A stretch of DNA of 63,919 nt, counting the filler, from Chiloscyllium plagiosum (taxonomy: Eukaryota): the NCBI RefSeq assembly GCF_004010195.1. It is 5 parts of one record of this genome, joined end to end, with 100 filler letters (N's around TTAATTAATTAA, not from the genome) between each part and the next. Parts side by side here need not be neighbours in the genome. Positions count along the whole stretch, not along the records: positions 1 to 16,573 come from NC_057716.1; 4 more parts are not named here. One strand, given 5' to 3'. Each line of letters opens with the position of its first letter. Positions within the stretch are counted from its first letter, which is position 1. Positions 1-12,794 of this stretch are shown one piece after another. The translations under genes and the position numbers were made by a program. Below the pieces are notes generated by a model that worked only from the letters and a program-made list of their open reading frames with translations, searched no databases and was not told the DNA's origin.

Positions 1-232
1 TCCCGACCTCTCCGCCCCCACCCCCGTCTGACCTATCACCCTCACCTTGACCTCTTTCCACCTATCACATTTCCGACGCCCCTCCCCCAAGTCCCTCCTC
101 CCTACCTTTTATCTTAGCCTGCTGGACAAACTTTCCCCATTCCTGAAGAAGGGCTTCTGCCCGAAACGTCGATTCTCCTGTTCCCTGAATGCTGCCTGAC
201 CTGCTGCGCTTTTCCAGCAACACATTTCCAGC
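1..232 (+). mobile_element. Penelope-like element (Neptune-type) 3' end / pseudo-LTR, cut by window start
   Basis: C-rich tract then CTGAAGAAGGGCTTCTGCCCGAAACGTCGATTCTCCTG...GCTGCCTGACCTGCTGCGCTTTTCCAGC, the same terminus that follows GIY-YIG remnants at 21295-21835. Confidence 0.8.
139..174 (+). ncRNA. Minimal type I hammerhead ribozyme motif in PLE pLTR
   Basis: CUGAAGA (143-149), stem II GGGC-uucu-GCCC, GAAACGUC (163-170; palindromic ACGU, GUC cleavage triplet). Stem I AUUC/GAUU is short with one mismatch. Confidence 0.7.
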
Positions 233-249
233 TACATCTCTATGACTCT

Positions 250-640
250 ATTATAACTGTATTGAGCTGTTATGCAACTGTCTCCTTCCAAGGAACCTCT
301 GGGGACCTGTGTAAGATCTTTCAATAGTTCACCTGAAAATGTATCTAAAGTGCCCATGAATGCCATTTTTTGTCAGATTGAACCACTCCATCTCATTTTA
401 TCATGAAGAGATGAGTGTTGTAGCCTGAGCAGTAGGCTTTGGAAGCAAGGCTAACATTATCAGTGGAAGCTATAATTGACTTTCTAAAATTGCATTGAGC
501 TCCATATCACAACACAGCTGAGTTCATCAATAGGAAAGAGTACAATTCCATGAATGTGCATGTCATTTGTGATCATTGGTGCCACGTGTTAGCGATCAAC
601 ACCAGAGAACAGTTGCATGCAAGACAATGTCAGCCATTCC
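250..640 (+). pseudogene. PIF/Harbinger DDE transposase fossil (HARBI1-like)
   Basis: 271-327 translates YATVSFQGTSGDLCKIFQ* (cf. ATGSFQ...GD..GISQ). 517-576 translates AEFINRKEYNSMNVHVICDH (cf. Harbinger NRKGxHSxNVQxVCD). Stops and frameshifts present. Confidence 0.7.
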
Positions 641-799
641 ACCCGTGTGCTGTCAGAAGCATTGGTCTGTAGCATCTGTGCAACGGCATTGACTTTGAAA
701 GGCAACTTCAGACTGTAACGTTTGACTCGAGACAATGAACTGCAAAGTATGATGTCAGCACCAGAGCTGGATCACTTCCGTCTGGAACATCAAAAACAT

Positions 800-2860
800 C
801 ACCCATTTGCAAGCTCCCTCAATAAAATACCTCAATAAAATCACTACTTTATCTTCTCTGGTCCAATGAGAATAAAGCCAATTTGTCAAAGTTTTCCTTT
901 TATCTAAAATCCCTAATTTCTGGTGTAATATTAATAAATCTCCTTTGCACTCTACCCAAAGCTTTAACATCTTTCATTCAATAAGGCACTCCGAACTGAA
1001 CAGAATACTCCAAATGTGGTTCAACCAATAATTTGTAGAGGTTCCTGGCTTCCTTGCTTTTATACTCTATTCTTGTATTCAGAAATGCAAGGATCCGAGA
1101 AACCTTTTCAAGTTGTCTGGTCACTTTTAGAGAATTATGCACTAGGATCCCAAGGTCCTTCTGCTTCTGTACTCCTCTTTAAGTAGTAATATCAAGCCAG
1201 TTTAATCTGTTCATGTCTCTTCTACTAAAATATATTACCTGACATTTTTTTGCATTGCAATGTTTCTGCCAGGTGTTTGACCATTTGGTCGACTTGTCGA
1301 TGTCACTCAACATCATACTGACGATTCTATATTGACCTACCTTAATATTGTCTACAAATATAGAGATTTTGCCTCAACACCCATCTTCAAATTGTTTATA
1401 TCAATCAGAAAAAGCAAGGGTCAAACACTGATCCCTGAGGGACACCACTTTCAACTCATCTCCAATACGAGAACTGCCCATCTCTACCTATCCTCTATTT
1501 CCTTTCTTTTAGCGAACTTCTAATCCATGCTGCCAAGGATCCAGCAATCTCAAATGCTTCTAATTTGTGAACCAACCTGCCATGTGACTTTGTATTAAAA
1601 GCTTTCTGAAAGTCCAAATACTAAACATACAAAACACCACCCACGTCAACTGCCTATGTCATCTTGTCAAAGAATTGAACCAAATTTGTCAGATATGACC
1701 TGCTCTTGACAAAGCTATCTTGAATGTCTACTATTAACTTATTTTTTTCCATGTGTCTATTCAGCTTATCCCATGTTATGGCCTCCATCAATTTTCCCAC
1801 CATTGATGTTAAGCTGACAGGTTTGTAGTTTTCTGGGTTATCCTTTGTCCCTCTCTGAAACAATGACAACACATTTGTAATCTTCATATCCCCCAGAACT
1901 CATTCTGTGTTTAGAGGGGCTTGGAAAATATCTGTCAGCGGCTTCACACTTTGGTCCCTTACCTCTCTCAGCAATCCAGGATGCATCTCATCTGGGCCTG
2001 ATTTCTTCTCTACCTGGAGTACTGCCAGTCCTTTTAGCATCTGTTCTTTATCTATCACTGTACTGCTTAGTTGCTCAACACCCAAATGAGCCAATGTTAC
2101 AACGTTATAATTTGGCAAAGACCGAAGCACAGTACTCATTCAGTGGTTCTGCCATATCCTTTGCTACCGTGCTTGTTCCTTCTAAGCTCCAGTGTATCCT
2201 TCAATTATCTTGCACTATTATTGAAGAACATTTTACTGTTTGTTTTAATGCAGCCTGCCATCCTTTCCTCATGCTTCCTCTCAGTCTTGCTTATTCCAAC
2301 CTTAGCCTTTCTCCTGCATTTAAGATAGTCTTGAATTCTCTTTTGCTATTACTATTCCAGTATGTATCACACACCTCCATTTTTCATCCTTATTTTCTTA
2401 TTAATATCCTTAGTCTTCCAGGGTATTCCAGCTTTGGATATCCTGTATTTATTTCTCATGATAGCTAGCTTGCATCCTATTCGTCTCCCTTTTGATATTG
2501 TTTTTCATCTGCTGTTTTATGTACCAAAATGCATTTCCAATTAACTGGCTCCAGTTCAACTTTTAGGTCACTAAAACCTGCCATTTCCAGTCTGGGATCT
2601 TAATCCTTGACAGTTTCATATATTATTTTTGAACTTAATGTTGGACCTTGTTGTATAATGATAGCTATTTCCCACATGCTCTCCCACTCTAACATTCTTC
2701 AGTTTGACCTATCTCATTTTATAGGACCAGATCCAGCACAGCTCCCTCTCCGGTAGGACTGGAAGTATAGAGTTCCAGAAATTTCTCCTGTATATAGTGC
2801 AAGAATGTATCCCCTTCCATGCCCCAAACTCTACCTTTTCTCCAGTCTACCCTTGGGTAA
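800..2860 (-). mobile_element. Old CR1 LINE ORF2 remnant
   Basis: Minus ORFs: KKSGPDEMHPGLLREV, DNPENYKPVSLTSMVGKLMEAI, SYLTNLVQFFD, SPTGEGAVLDLVL, all typical CR1 ORF2 motifs. Confidence 0.85.
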
Positions 2861-4139
2861 CTGAAACCACAATGCTGTTGGGCAAATAGGATGGGCAGTA
2901 GAAGATAGTTGAGCCAGTGAAATCGACATTCCCTAAATGAATTGAAGAAAAGGGATCCGAGGAGATCCCTGTGATGGTAAATACTTCTACAAATGGCATG
3001 TGGGAGAACTAATTTGTAATTATATGAGTTGGGTAGCATGGAACTGATATTTCATTAATGAGTTGAGATGACCTGAGAAACTCCTTGGACATTTTGGAGA
3101 GTAACTTGAAATGTTGACACTTCCCTGATTTTTGGTTAAAATCAGCCAAATATTTCTGAAATATTCTTCAATATCTAAGACAAACTATCCATATTTCATT
3201 TTGGGGATAGAATAAAATACTGTCCTCTTGTATATAACCTGCCTTTCTTCTCACCTTAATCATTAATACTTTAAGCTCTGCAAATTAGACACATATCACT
3301 TGTTTCTGAGGTCCACATTTGCTCAATTCGTAATGCTCAACATCCATTTAAAATTGGCGGGTATGCTTTGCTTAACTTTTTAAAATTCTTACTTCCAAAT
3401 ATTCTTGTGTGAAATAATGATGGAAGTAAAACACAACATTTATACAAAAAATTATAGACTAGTATTGAGCTCAGCTGTCCAAAAAAAGAAACTAAACTCT
3501 TGATAATTGTAACGTGACCTGAAGAAAGCTCAATATTTGTTATTTCTTTGAAACAATCTCATTAACTCAACTTCTTTTTCTCTTTTCCATTGAAATTAGC
3601 TTTTATCTATTCCTTTGAAGTTGTTTATTTGGGAAATTTTGTCCATCCCGAGCGTTTGTCATATTGTCTCCACATTTCACTTTGCTTTACAGGTCAAGAT
3701 TTGCATATGCACTTCCTACTTAATTCTCTGCATTCTGCACTTAGTGCAAGTCAACTATTTTACTTCTTCCATGTCTCTCCAATTTTCAAATGCAATAGCA
3801 TTTTTATAAATCTCAGTCTGTTCTTTTTTATTTTGCATATCAAAATTATCAATATTAATTGGTACAATTCTACATGCTCCAACTACACCACTTAATTTGT
3901 TCTTTTGTAAACATTATAAAATCATTATTACATATGGAATTTTCATTTGTGATGTTTACAATAAGTAAACTATTTTACAATTGAATTAGTAACATAAATA
4001 TTCAGATAACAAAAATTGCCCCTGTCAGAAGTTAATGTGTGAAATTAGGTTCTATATCCAATCCAGAACCAAGACTTGTACATCAATGAAAGTTGGCAAT
4101 GCCCATTTCAGCCTTGCCAGAATCATACTAAAATCATCC

Positions 4140-4830
4140 TTTTATTTTGATCTTGCCTGATTGTTCCAAAACTTTCCTGAACAACCTTCTATCTTGCAAC
4201 TGACACATACTTGAACTCAACCAAACTGTGCTGACTATAACTTAATTTGTGCCGATTCAAGTCTTCTCATTGAAAAGTCATGACATGGAGGACAATGGAT
4301 CTAATATAAGAAGGTGGGATTAGATCAGGTGGATCTTCATTGACTGGCGTGAAAGTAACAGCCCTAAGGCTTTCGTTCTGTGTCTTAAATGTTCTATGAA
4401 TCGTGATTCACTCATCCTCTCTAATGCCCTCCTAATCTAAATTTGTCCACAATCCATCACACCTCACTTTTAATTCTTATCTTTGCCTTCAAATTCCTCA
4501 ATCATTTAGCTCCTCCGAATGTCTGTAACCTCCTCCAAACTTTCAGCTATGAAACCTCTGTGCAATCCTACAATTCTGTTTTTTTTTGCATACCCTGAAG
4601 CTTAATTGTTTCCACATTGTGGCCATCTTTTATATTTGATTATTCCCAGTTTCCAGGATTTTCCCCTTGACCCTTATAACACTTCATCTCACTCACTGCC
4701 TCCTCTTCCAAGAGAGTCCTTGCAACCAATGGTCTCTTGTCTGAATATCCATAATTCAATGTCTAAATGTGTTTAGGAACAGTCCTGCAAGTCCTTACTC
4801 CATTGAGTTTGCTATATAAATGCAAATTGT
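4140..4830 (+). mobile_element. Degraded L2-type LINE 3' end
   Basis: Pyrimidine-rich 3' region ending GCTATATAAATGCAAATTGT, resembling L2 tails. A similar remnant lies at about 10660-11030. Confidence 0.45.
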
Positions 4831-5094
4831 AATTTTGGAATACATTGCCTGAAGGGTGGTGAAAAAAGATTTTTTTTTCAAAAGGGAATTTAATGTACAC
4901 TTGAAATGGGAAAAAAATGGCAAAGCTAGGTTATTGGATTAATTAAACAAAATTCTGTCAGAGAAAACTTCAAAGAGTTCTTCTAGGAGCAATAAGATTC
5001 TATGAATGTGAAAATTTCTAATCTTTTCTGCTATGAATTTGTCTAATTTCTTTCAGAGTACCATCAATATTTTCTGATTCATGCTATACGGTAT

Positions 5095-5400
5095 GGGGAG
5101 ATGATGAAATAGTGGCATGATTGCTCGACTATTAACACAGAGACTCAGGTCACGCTTTGGGGACCCAGTTCAAGTCCCACCATGGCAGATGATAGAATTT
5201 GAATTTAATAAAAATCTCAAGGTAAGAATCTAATGGAGGATCATAAATCTTTTGTCAGTTGTCAGAAAAAAGAACATTGGTTCATTAAAGTCATCCTTAA
5301 CTCATCTGGCCTGCATAGGAATGTGGTTGACTCTTAATTGTACAGTGGGCAATAAATGCTGGCCCAACCAGTGATCTTGACACCCAAGAATGATTTTTTA
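5095..5400 (+). mobile_element. Second tRNA-derived SINE family, decayed
   Basis: B-box-like GTTCAAGTCCCACCATGGCAGATG...GAATTTGAATTTAATAAAAATC and tail GGGCAATAAATGCTGGCC. Homologous copies at 18563-18785, 29190-29335, 37600-38032. Confidence 0.6.
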
Positions 5401-5451
5401 AAAAATTATCATATTTGAATATGGAGTAATTTTGCAAATAATTACCTTTAT

Positions 5452-5560
5452 TGTTATGGACCAGATCAAATCCCCTAAAAACATATCAAAGAGATAGCTT
5501 AGACCAGCTATCAATTATAGTACTTATTTTAAAATTAAACGAGCTAAATTTCAAGCATTG
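5452..5560 (-). mobile_element. LTR end fragment related to solo LTR at 20289-20962
   Basis: TGTTATGGACCAGATCAAATCCCCTAAAAACAT resembles CATTATGGACCAGGCCAGACTCCCTCAAAACAT at 20289. Confidence 0.45.
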
Positions 5561-6160
5561 TCGCATGACTAAAAATACACATGTTTTCAGAAATTCTAAC
5601 TGACAAGGGAACAATTCCAAAAAAAAGTTCCTTTTTTCAGAATTCAGCTTCATACGACAAAATGCTTCAAGGCATTATCTCATAGATTACATTTAATCCT
5701 TTCAAAAAAATGGTCATGCAACTTTTCCATTTCACTGGACAATGAGTCATTGGTTTGCCCGTCAGGTTTGTGGTAGATGTTTTATATGTTATTTCACAAA
5801 TAGAATTGGGTTTGTCTCCAGAATAGGAACTTCTCCCTTTGTACTAACAGAAAATAATATCTCTCATTCATCACTTTCATATTTCATTTAGTTTCATTCG
5901 CCTTAGCTCTTATATCACTTACAAACTCTACTTTGGCCGAGTTAGGACTTTGATGAGCTATGGGATAAAGGAACCAAACTGAGAACCTTGGGTAATGAAG
6001 TTAAGGAGATAAGTAGGGTGTATAAATTTTCTTCCATCAATGCTGAGATAAAGAACGCCATTATAAAGGAATCTTGTACTTCAGAAACAAAATAGTTGTT
6101 GTGGTTATGAGTGCTAATTATTTCTTAATGTTGGTGTGGAAGAGGATTGGTAATAAGATT

Positions 6161-6457
6161 GGGGCAGCATGGTGGCTCAGTGGTTTGCACTGCTGCCTCA
6201 CAGCACTAGGGTCCCAGGATCGATTCCAGCCTCAGGTGACTATCTGTGTAGAGTTTGCACGGGTTTCCTCTGGGTGCTCCAGTTTCCTCCCACAGTCCAA
6301 AGATGGGCAGGTCAGGTGAATTGACCATTCTAAATTGTGTTAGGCGCATTAGTCAGAGGGGAATGGTTCTGGGTGGGTTGCTCTTCGGTAGGTCGGTGTG
6401 GACTTGTTGGGCCGAAGAGCCTGTTTCCACACTGTAGGGAATCTAATCTAAAAAAAG
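6161..6457 (+). mobile_element. HE1-type tRNA SINE
   Basis: A-box TGGCTCAGTGG, B-box GGATCGATTCC, core GTTTCCTCCCACAGTCCAAAGATG, CR1-like tail GCCTGTTTCCACACTGTAGGGAATCTAATCT. Confidence 0.9.
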
Positions 6458-6924
6458 AAGTGTTGCAAAAAAATGGTTATTTATACTATTTCTTTAATGT
6501 TCCCTCTGGATATTGTTATTATTAGGGAAAAGTCTTGCAAGAAACTTCAAGTATTTTTTAACCTTGATGAAAAACTATCATTTTGGATCTGGTTAGTCTG
6601 GTCTGATGACATCTGCTGATGAAGAGAAGCAATCTGTTTTGTGGACAGCGCACAATAATTTTAAGAGAGTTTCCGAATATGGGGTAATCTAGGAGATAAA
6701 TTACAGTTAGTCAATCATGTGAAAAAATGCTATTTAGCTGGTCACTCTGCATACTTTATACTTTTGTGAAATAAATTTAAACTATTGCTGCATATACCAT
6801 CAGGATTGGCCAAGGTCAAAGCAAAGCAAAAAAGTACGACTGTGGGGCAAGGGCTGAGAAAGAAAGAAATCAAAGTTTCTTAATTTTAAAAAGTTAAGTT
6901 GATAACTTCGAATAAACAACAAAA

Positions 6925-7278
6925 ACTTTGTATTTTTTTAAAAGCAGTATTTCCACTGAACAAATCATACTTCCCTTGCTTCTCTTCTTCAATAAATGAC
7001 CTAGCTTGCTTTTTCATATGAATATAATTCAATAGATGTTTCTCAGGACAGATTGAAGTTTTGCTTTTATTCTGCTTCTTTCTGAATTTTAATCTTAACA
7101 GAGATGCCACTTTGTATTTTTTTAAAAGCAGTATTCATACTTCCCTTGCTTCTCTTCTTCAATAAATGACCAAGCTTGCTTTTTCATATGAATATAATTC
7201 AATAGATGTTTCTCAGGACAGATTGAAGTTTTGCTTTTATTCTGCTTCTTTCTGAATTTTAATCTTAACAGAGATGCC
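6925..7278. repeat. Local tandem duplication (184 bp + 170 bp)
   Basis: 6925-7108 is repeated at 7109-7278. The second copy lacks TTCCACTGAACAAA (14 bp) and has GACCAAGC for GACCTAGC. Confidence 0.9.
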
Positions 7279-8171
7279 TTTCATTTGCTCTGCACTGGAA
7301 TTTGTTTTGTTAATAACTTTGGGGATTTGGAATGTTTTTTTCCCACATACACAAGCATTGTATTTGTATTATTTCCTGCATGATAATCATTGGCTAATCT
7401 GAGATGAATAATATTTTGGTGTGCAAACACAGGGAACAGACCACAGCAGGTAACCAAAGGCTGCAGGAGAAACAAGGGATGGCATTGGTTAAAAAAAAAG
7501 GAAAAGGGAAAAGGGAAAATGGAACAAATTAATTGCGAAACCAATTCTGCTTAACATATTCTCATTGAAAGTGGAGATAGTTTCAGTTTGGACTGTGCAG
7601 ATAGACCATGTATGAATGCTGAATCCCATTACTCTCTGATGTCTTTGGGCTTGTTCTCATTTTTTCATGTTAGAAAGCTAATAATAATTTGACCTTGGTT
7701 CGCCCCTTCAAGTGATTCCAACAGTGTAAGTGCTAAGTCGGTTGAATAAAATTTGTATTTATTTGCATATATTCATTTATTTCCTGTTCTATCATGGCAC
7801 TGAATTTACATTTCCTAAGTAATATCCCATTACGATGGAAAGGATGAAAGAAGGGCATTGCTAAAAAAGTAGTGAAACAGATAATATGTGTGATGAGTCC
7901 CACCTGAGATCAATCTCATCTTTGCTTAGATCTGGCACAGAAATAGAAGTAGTCCATGAAAGCAGAATGTACAATTAAAATTGAAGTAGTAGCGTCAGCA
8001 AAGTAAAATTTTCAAGACAGATTAGAAAAAATCCATCAATTAAACATTAACAAAACATTCTATTCAAAATAACCAAATGACTCTTCCAGAGAAAAAAACA
8101 ATACAAAAATGACTGAAATTGTAAATTCATAATTTAAAAATGGTAATTTTCTAAAGCTACTTAAATATAAT

Positions 8172-9245
8172 AGGACATAGAATGGTACAGCACAAGAACA
8201 GGCCCTTCGGCCCACCATGTCTGCCATTCTAAACTAATCCCAACTGCCTGCACATGGTCGGTATCCGCTACTTTTTAACCTTTTTGTATGTCTGCCTGAT
8301 TGCCTCTTAATGTTGCGATTGTATATGCTTCTACCACCTTCTCTGGCAACATCTTCCAGGCGCCTATCAGCCTTTTAGTAAAAGACCTTGCCTCATATGT
8401 TTCCTTTGAACTTGTCCCCTCTTTATGAAACCTGGGCCCCTGGTATTTGACATTTCTAGCCTGGGAAATATCCTCTGACTATCCGTGCAAATCAAATATA
8501 CTTCTACCAAATCAATCCTCAATCTCTGACGCTCTAGTGAAAACAATCCAAGTTTGTCGAAACTCTCCACCGAGCTAATACACTCTAATCTAGACAACAG
8601 CACAGTAAACATCTTTTTCACCCTCTCCAAAGCTTCTACATTCTTCCAAAAGTGTGGCAATCTGAACTGTACACAATATTCCAAATGTAGCCTAAGTGAT
8701 GTTTCATACAGCCACAACATGACTTGTCAATTTTATACTCAATTGCCTGACCTGTAAAGGCAAGAATGCCAATCATCTTAATGACTTGTATTGCCACTTT
8801 CAGGGATTAGATTAGAATACCTACAGTGTGGAAACAGGCCCTTCAGCCCAACAGGCCCACACTGACACCCCGAAGAGTGATCACCCAAACTCATTTCCCT
8901 CTGACTAATGCAACTAACATGATTGGCAATTTAGCATGGCCAATTCACCTGACCTGCACATCTTCGGACTGTGGGAGGAAACCGGAGCACCCGGAGGAAA
9001 CCCACGCAGACATGGGGAGATTGCACAAACCCCACACAGACAGTGGCCCGAGGCCAGAATTGCACCTGGGTCCCTGGTGCTGTGAGACAGCACTGCTAAC
9101 CACTGAGCCACTGTGCCACCCATGTGAGTTGACACTCACATCCCAAGATCCCTCTATATAAAATCTCAGTCTGGTCATCTACCATGTACTTTTCTCATGC
9201 ATTTGACCTGCCAAAATGCATCATCTCCCACTTCTCCAGGTAAAT
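8172..9245 (-). mobile_element. CR1 LINE 3' fragment interrupted by an HE1 SINE
   Basis: ORF 8367-8720: LRLHLEYCVQF...LERVKKMFT...LGLFSLERQRLRIDLVEVY. CR1 sequence resumes after 9121. Confidence 0.9.
8806..9121 (-). mobile_element. HE1-type SINE
   Basis: Reverse-complement match to the 6161 copy; the end reads GGGTGGCACAGTGGCTCAGTGGTTAGCAG on the minus strand. Confidence 0.9.
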
Positions 9246-9373
9246 GATGCATTTAAAAAAAAATAATTGGTTAGAGGTTCATATTGGAATCATCTGAGCA
9301 GCTGATGCCAAGTTTTGAAACAATTTGTAGGACAAACTCAATCTGGTTGGTGTATTGTAACACTGCAATTTCA

Positions 9374-10136
9374 CAAGGTTTGTGAAGGTTTGTAGCTCAG
9401 GTTGAGGTTTAGGGTGTAGGTTTGCTCGCTGAGCTGCAGGTTTGATATCCAGACGTTTCAACTACATCAGCAACCATCCCAACACACACAAACAAAACTG
9501 TATCAGCAAACTATTCCAACGAGCCACCACACACTGCAGCACAGACGAACTTCGAAAAACAAAGGAGAACCACCTATACGACGTATTCCTGAGGGGTTGA
9601 TAGATGGCATCTAGATCTATGTGCTTGTTTATGGTGTCGTGGTTGGAGTGCTAGGCCTCTAGGAATTCTCTGGCATGTCTTTGCTTAGTCTGTCCCAGGA
9701 TAGATGTGTGTCAGTCGACTTTCCCAGCTGATCAATGTCCTGCTGCAATTTCTGATAACCCTACTCACTGTCCACAATACTGNNNNNNNNNNNNNNNNNN
9801 NNNNNNNNNNNNCACCATTTCGACTGGGACAACACATCTATGCTGGGACAGGCTAAGCAAAGACATGCCAGAGAATTCCTAGAGGCCTGGCACTCCAACC
9901 ACGACACCATAAACAAGCACATAGATTTAGATGCCATCTATCAACCCCTCAGAAAACGAACAGGAAATGACATCACCACAAACCCCAGGAACCCCATCCA
10001 GGAGGAAGATATAAATAGAGAGCAGGAGACAACAGCTTCGCTTCACTTGGAAGTCGCCACTGATAATGTTACCTAGCCAGGTAATGAAATGTCTGGATAT
10101 CAAACCTGCAGCTCAGTGAGCAAACCTACACCCTAA
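9374..10136 (+). mobile_element. Penelope (Poseidon-type) insertion with inverted pLTR and 12-bp TSD
   Basis: TSD ACTGCAATTTCA at 9362-9373 and 10137-10148. GIY-YIG C-terminus HFDWDN..MLGQAKQRHAREFLEAWHS..INKHIDLD. 9408-9460 is the reverse complement of the 3' pLTR. Contains a 30-N gap. Confidence 0.85.
10057..10096 (+). ncRNA. Hammerhead ribozyme motif (mutated) in Penelope pLTR
   Basis: CCA-CUGAUAA-uGUUACC-uagcca-GGUAAU-GAAAUGUC-UGG; stem I CCA/UGG. The inverted partial copy at 9452-9459 retains GAAACGUC. Confidence 0.6.
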
Positions 10137-11374
10137 ACTGCAATTTCATTGTTTAAATAAAGCATTTACATTTTTCCTTGCATTAGCAGCTCTTCTTCCA
10201 ATGTTATTTTTCTTAATTTTGAAAAACAGTTATTGCAGGTTTTGCTTCATACAAGTGTCAGCAAAATTAGGAAAGCACAATAAAAAATGCACTGGAAGAT
10301 GAGAGTTTAAAATAGTGTCATTGGATTTACACCCTAGTTTCTGTTTTATTAAAAATATTGCTTGCATACAACTCTGGGCATGCATCTACCATTTTCTATG
10401 AAAGTACAACCAAAGTTTTTGTGCTTTTGCTTATCTCTGTTGTTACACCGAGATCAAAGATCCCAGGATCGACATGTACTCCATTTGTGTGCAATTAAAA
10501 GGAATCAAGTATCTTTCAAGCTTTTAACTCTGAGGTACAAATGTCAAATCTAATGAGAGGAACTCAGACAAATCTTCTTTTCAAGCATCCTAAATTCATG
10601 GCTGGCTTTGAGAATGCAGTTTTAGTTTATTCTCATGTTACGTTATACTGGATAACATTGGCTCACAGTCCCCCAATAGCTTAATTCCTCCAAGGGCTTG
10701 CCACTGTGTGTCTCCATAATTACCTCCAGCCCTGACAATCATCCAAAACATTTGCTCTCCTCTAATTACCTTTCTACCATTTGCAAACATGGTTCAACCT
10801 GATGCATTCCTGAGTCATAGAAATCACTTCTAAAACCATTGTGATTATTGACAGCTTTTTCAAATGAGAGAAAAATATTTTAAAGCACGCTTCTCTGACA
10901 AAGTTATTGAAACTTTGACCCAATATCTTTTTTATGTTACCTAGTGTCAAATATTGTTTTATATTTTCTCCCAGTGAGGATTTTTCACTGGGTTAAATTA
11001 TGTTATATTTATGAAAGCTACTGATGTTTCACATTCCTAAGCTTCAAGATCTGACATAGTTCCAGTTTAAACAATGCCACATGGGACCGTCAGCCTCATC
11101 ATAATATATGCTGTTTATACTTGAAGAAGAAGTGCCTCAATTGGCGAACAATTTCTCCATTTTCCTCTTTTTTACACTAACCACTCTGTTTCCAGATGTA
11201 CTCTAACGATCACATTGGATGGCAATGGTATGATTAACTTTACAGATTTTTTTTGTTTATTTGCTCACTCTCATGCACTTCTCCAGTTAAAAACTGCCTC
11301 TTCCAGTTTTTAAAGTACTCCACTCTTAGGATTTGTCAAGCATTCATGGACTTCAACATTCAGTGTCCTCAAAA

Positions 11375-11662
11375 CGGCAAGGTGGCTCAGTGGTTAGCAC
11401 TGCTGCCTCACAGCACCAGGGTCCCAGGTTTGATTCCAGTCTCGGGCGACTGCCTGTGTGGAGTTTGCACATTCTCCCGGTGTCTGTGTGGGTTTCCTCC
11501 CACAGTCCAAAGATGTGCAGGTCAGGTGAATTGGCCATGCTAAATTGCCCAAAGTGCATTAGAGGGAAATGGGTCTGGGTGGGTTACTCTTCGGAGAGTT
11601 GGTGTGGACTGGTTGGGCTGAAGGGCCTGTTTCCACACTGTAGGGAATCTAATCTAACCTAA
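11375..11662 (+). mobile_element. HE1-type SINE
   Basis: A-box TGGCTCAGTGG, B-box GGTTTGATTCC, same core and tail as 6161. Confidence 0.9.
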
Positions 11663-12794
11663 AGAAATCCTCTGAGACATCTCTTGACCACAAGCATTCA
11701 TGATGAGGCTTGGCTATGAGTCCAAAGTCATGAAAACATGAACTCAGGAGGTTATGTTTTAATAATATAATGGACATCTTTAAGATGTCATAATAAATTG
11801 TTCCGTGATCTCTTTTGTCAATTTTGTTTTCAGGATATAATTGAGAGGTGTGAGTTGATTGAAGCCTGCACTATTGATATTTGATTAATCTGGCTGATGG
11901 AGACATTCTAGAAACAATAGTTTTTTTTCCCCAAAAAGATTATTTGTGAATGAGTGTATTTTTTGTCTCTCTCAGCAGTTCTACACTTTTCATTATTGTA
12001 ATAAATCTCTTTAATTATATTAAAATAAGTTGTGCATTTCGGCTGAATGGATATGAAGCGGGCATGACTTGGCAGGAGCAGCATGAGGGTCCATTAGAAG
12101 TGACAGGCAAATGAGTTGGAAATGAGGATATAAGTGGACATTGAGATGGTTAGGAGGCACAAGATTAGATTAGCTGCCACTGGGGAGACATGAAGGGATG
12201 TGTACGGACTAGGCGTCTTGAAATCTCCTCTCACATTGGAAGAAAATTTCCAGAGATCTGAGCTGGGTTATCCCTGTCATTCAAACAGATCATGATTCCA
12301 ACCAGGTCATTTTGGCACCCATCCATCTTCATTGTCATTTATTTCCCAGGTCAGTATGTTGGACTCCTTTTTACATCCCACATCACCCACACCTCCTGGA
12401 GGAAAACATTACCTGCACCGGTACACATTTCACTGAACTCAAACTATCCACCTCCATAGCCAATATTTGGCCCATTTGTTTTGATACAGCATCAGCAATT
12501 TGAAACCTGCAGCCCATTGCCAAACTGGTGCTATTTATAGTGGCTTCTACAGGTGTCAAAAGGCCTTGTGACATAGATGTGGTTGCATTTTTACTATACA
12601 ATAATGAACTGTAGATTAAATTTGACTTTCCTTCATGATAGCTATTCTTCCCCTAAAGGACAACTTTTTCACACAGAGTGGTGCATGTAAGGAATGAGCT
12701 GATATTGGGCTGAATGCAGAGAACTATCTGGAAAATTCAAATATTGCCTCCAATTCTGACAGATATTCCCATTTTTCCTGATTTGGAAGGACTG

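Noticed and set aside
9590..9782. Extra inverted copy of Penelope endonuclease sequence plus a CR1 scrap before the 30-N gap
   Set aside because: Adjacent to a gap in a repeat; I cannot distinguish real rearrangement from gap-filling error.
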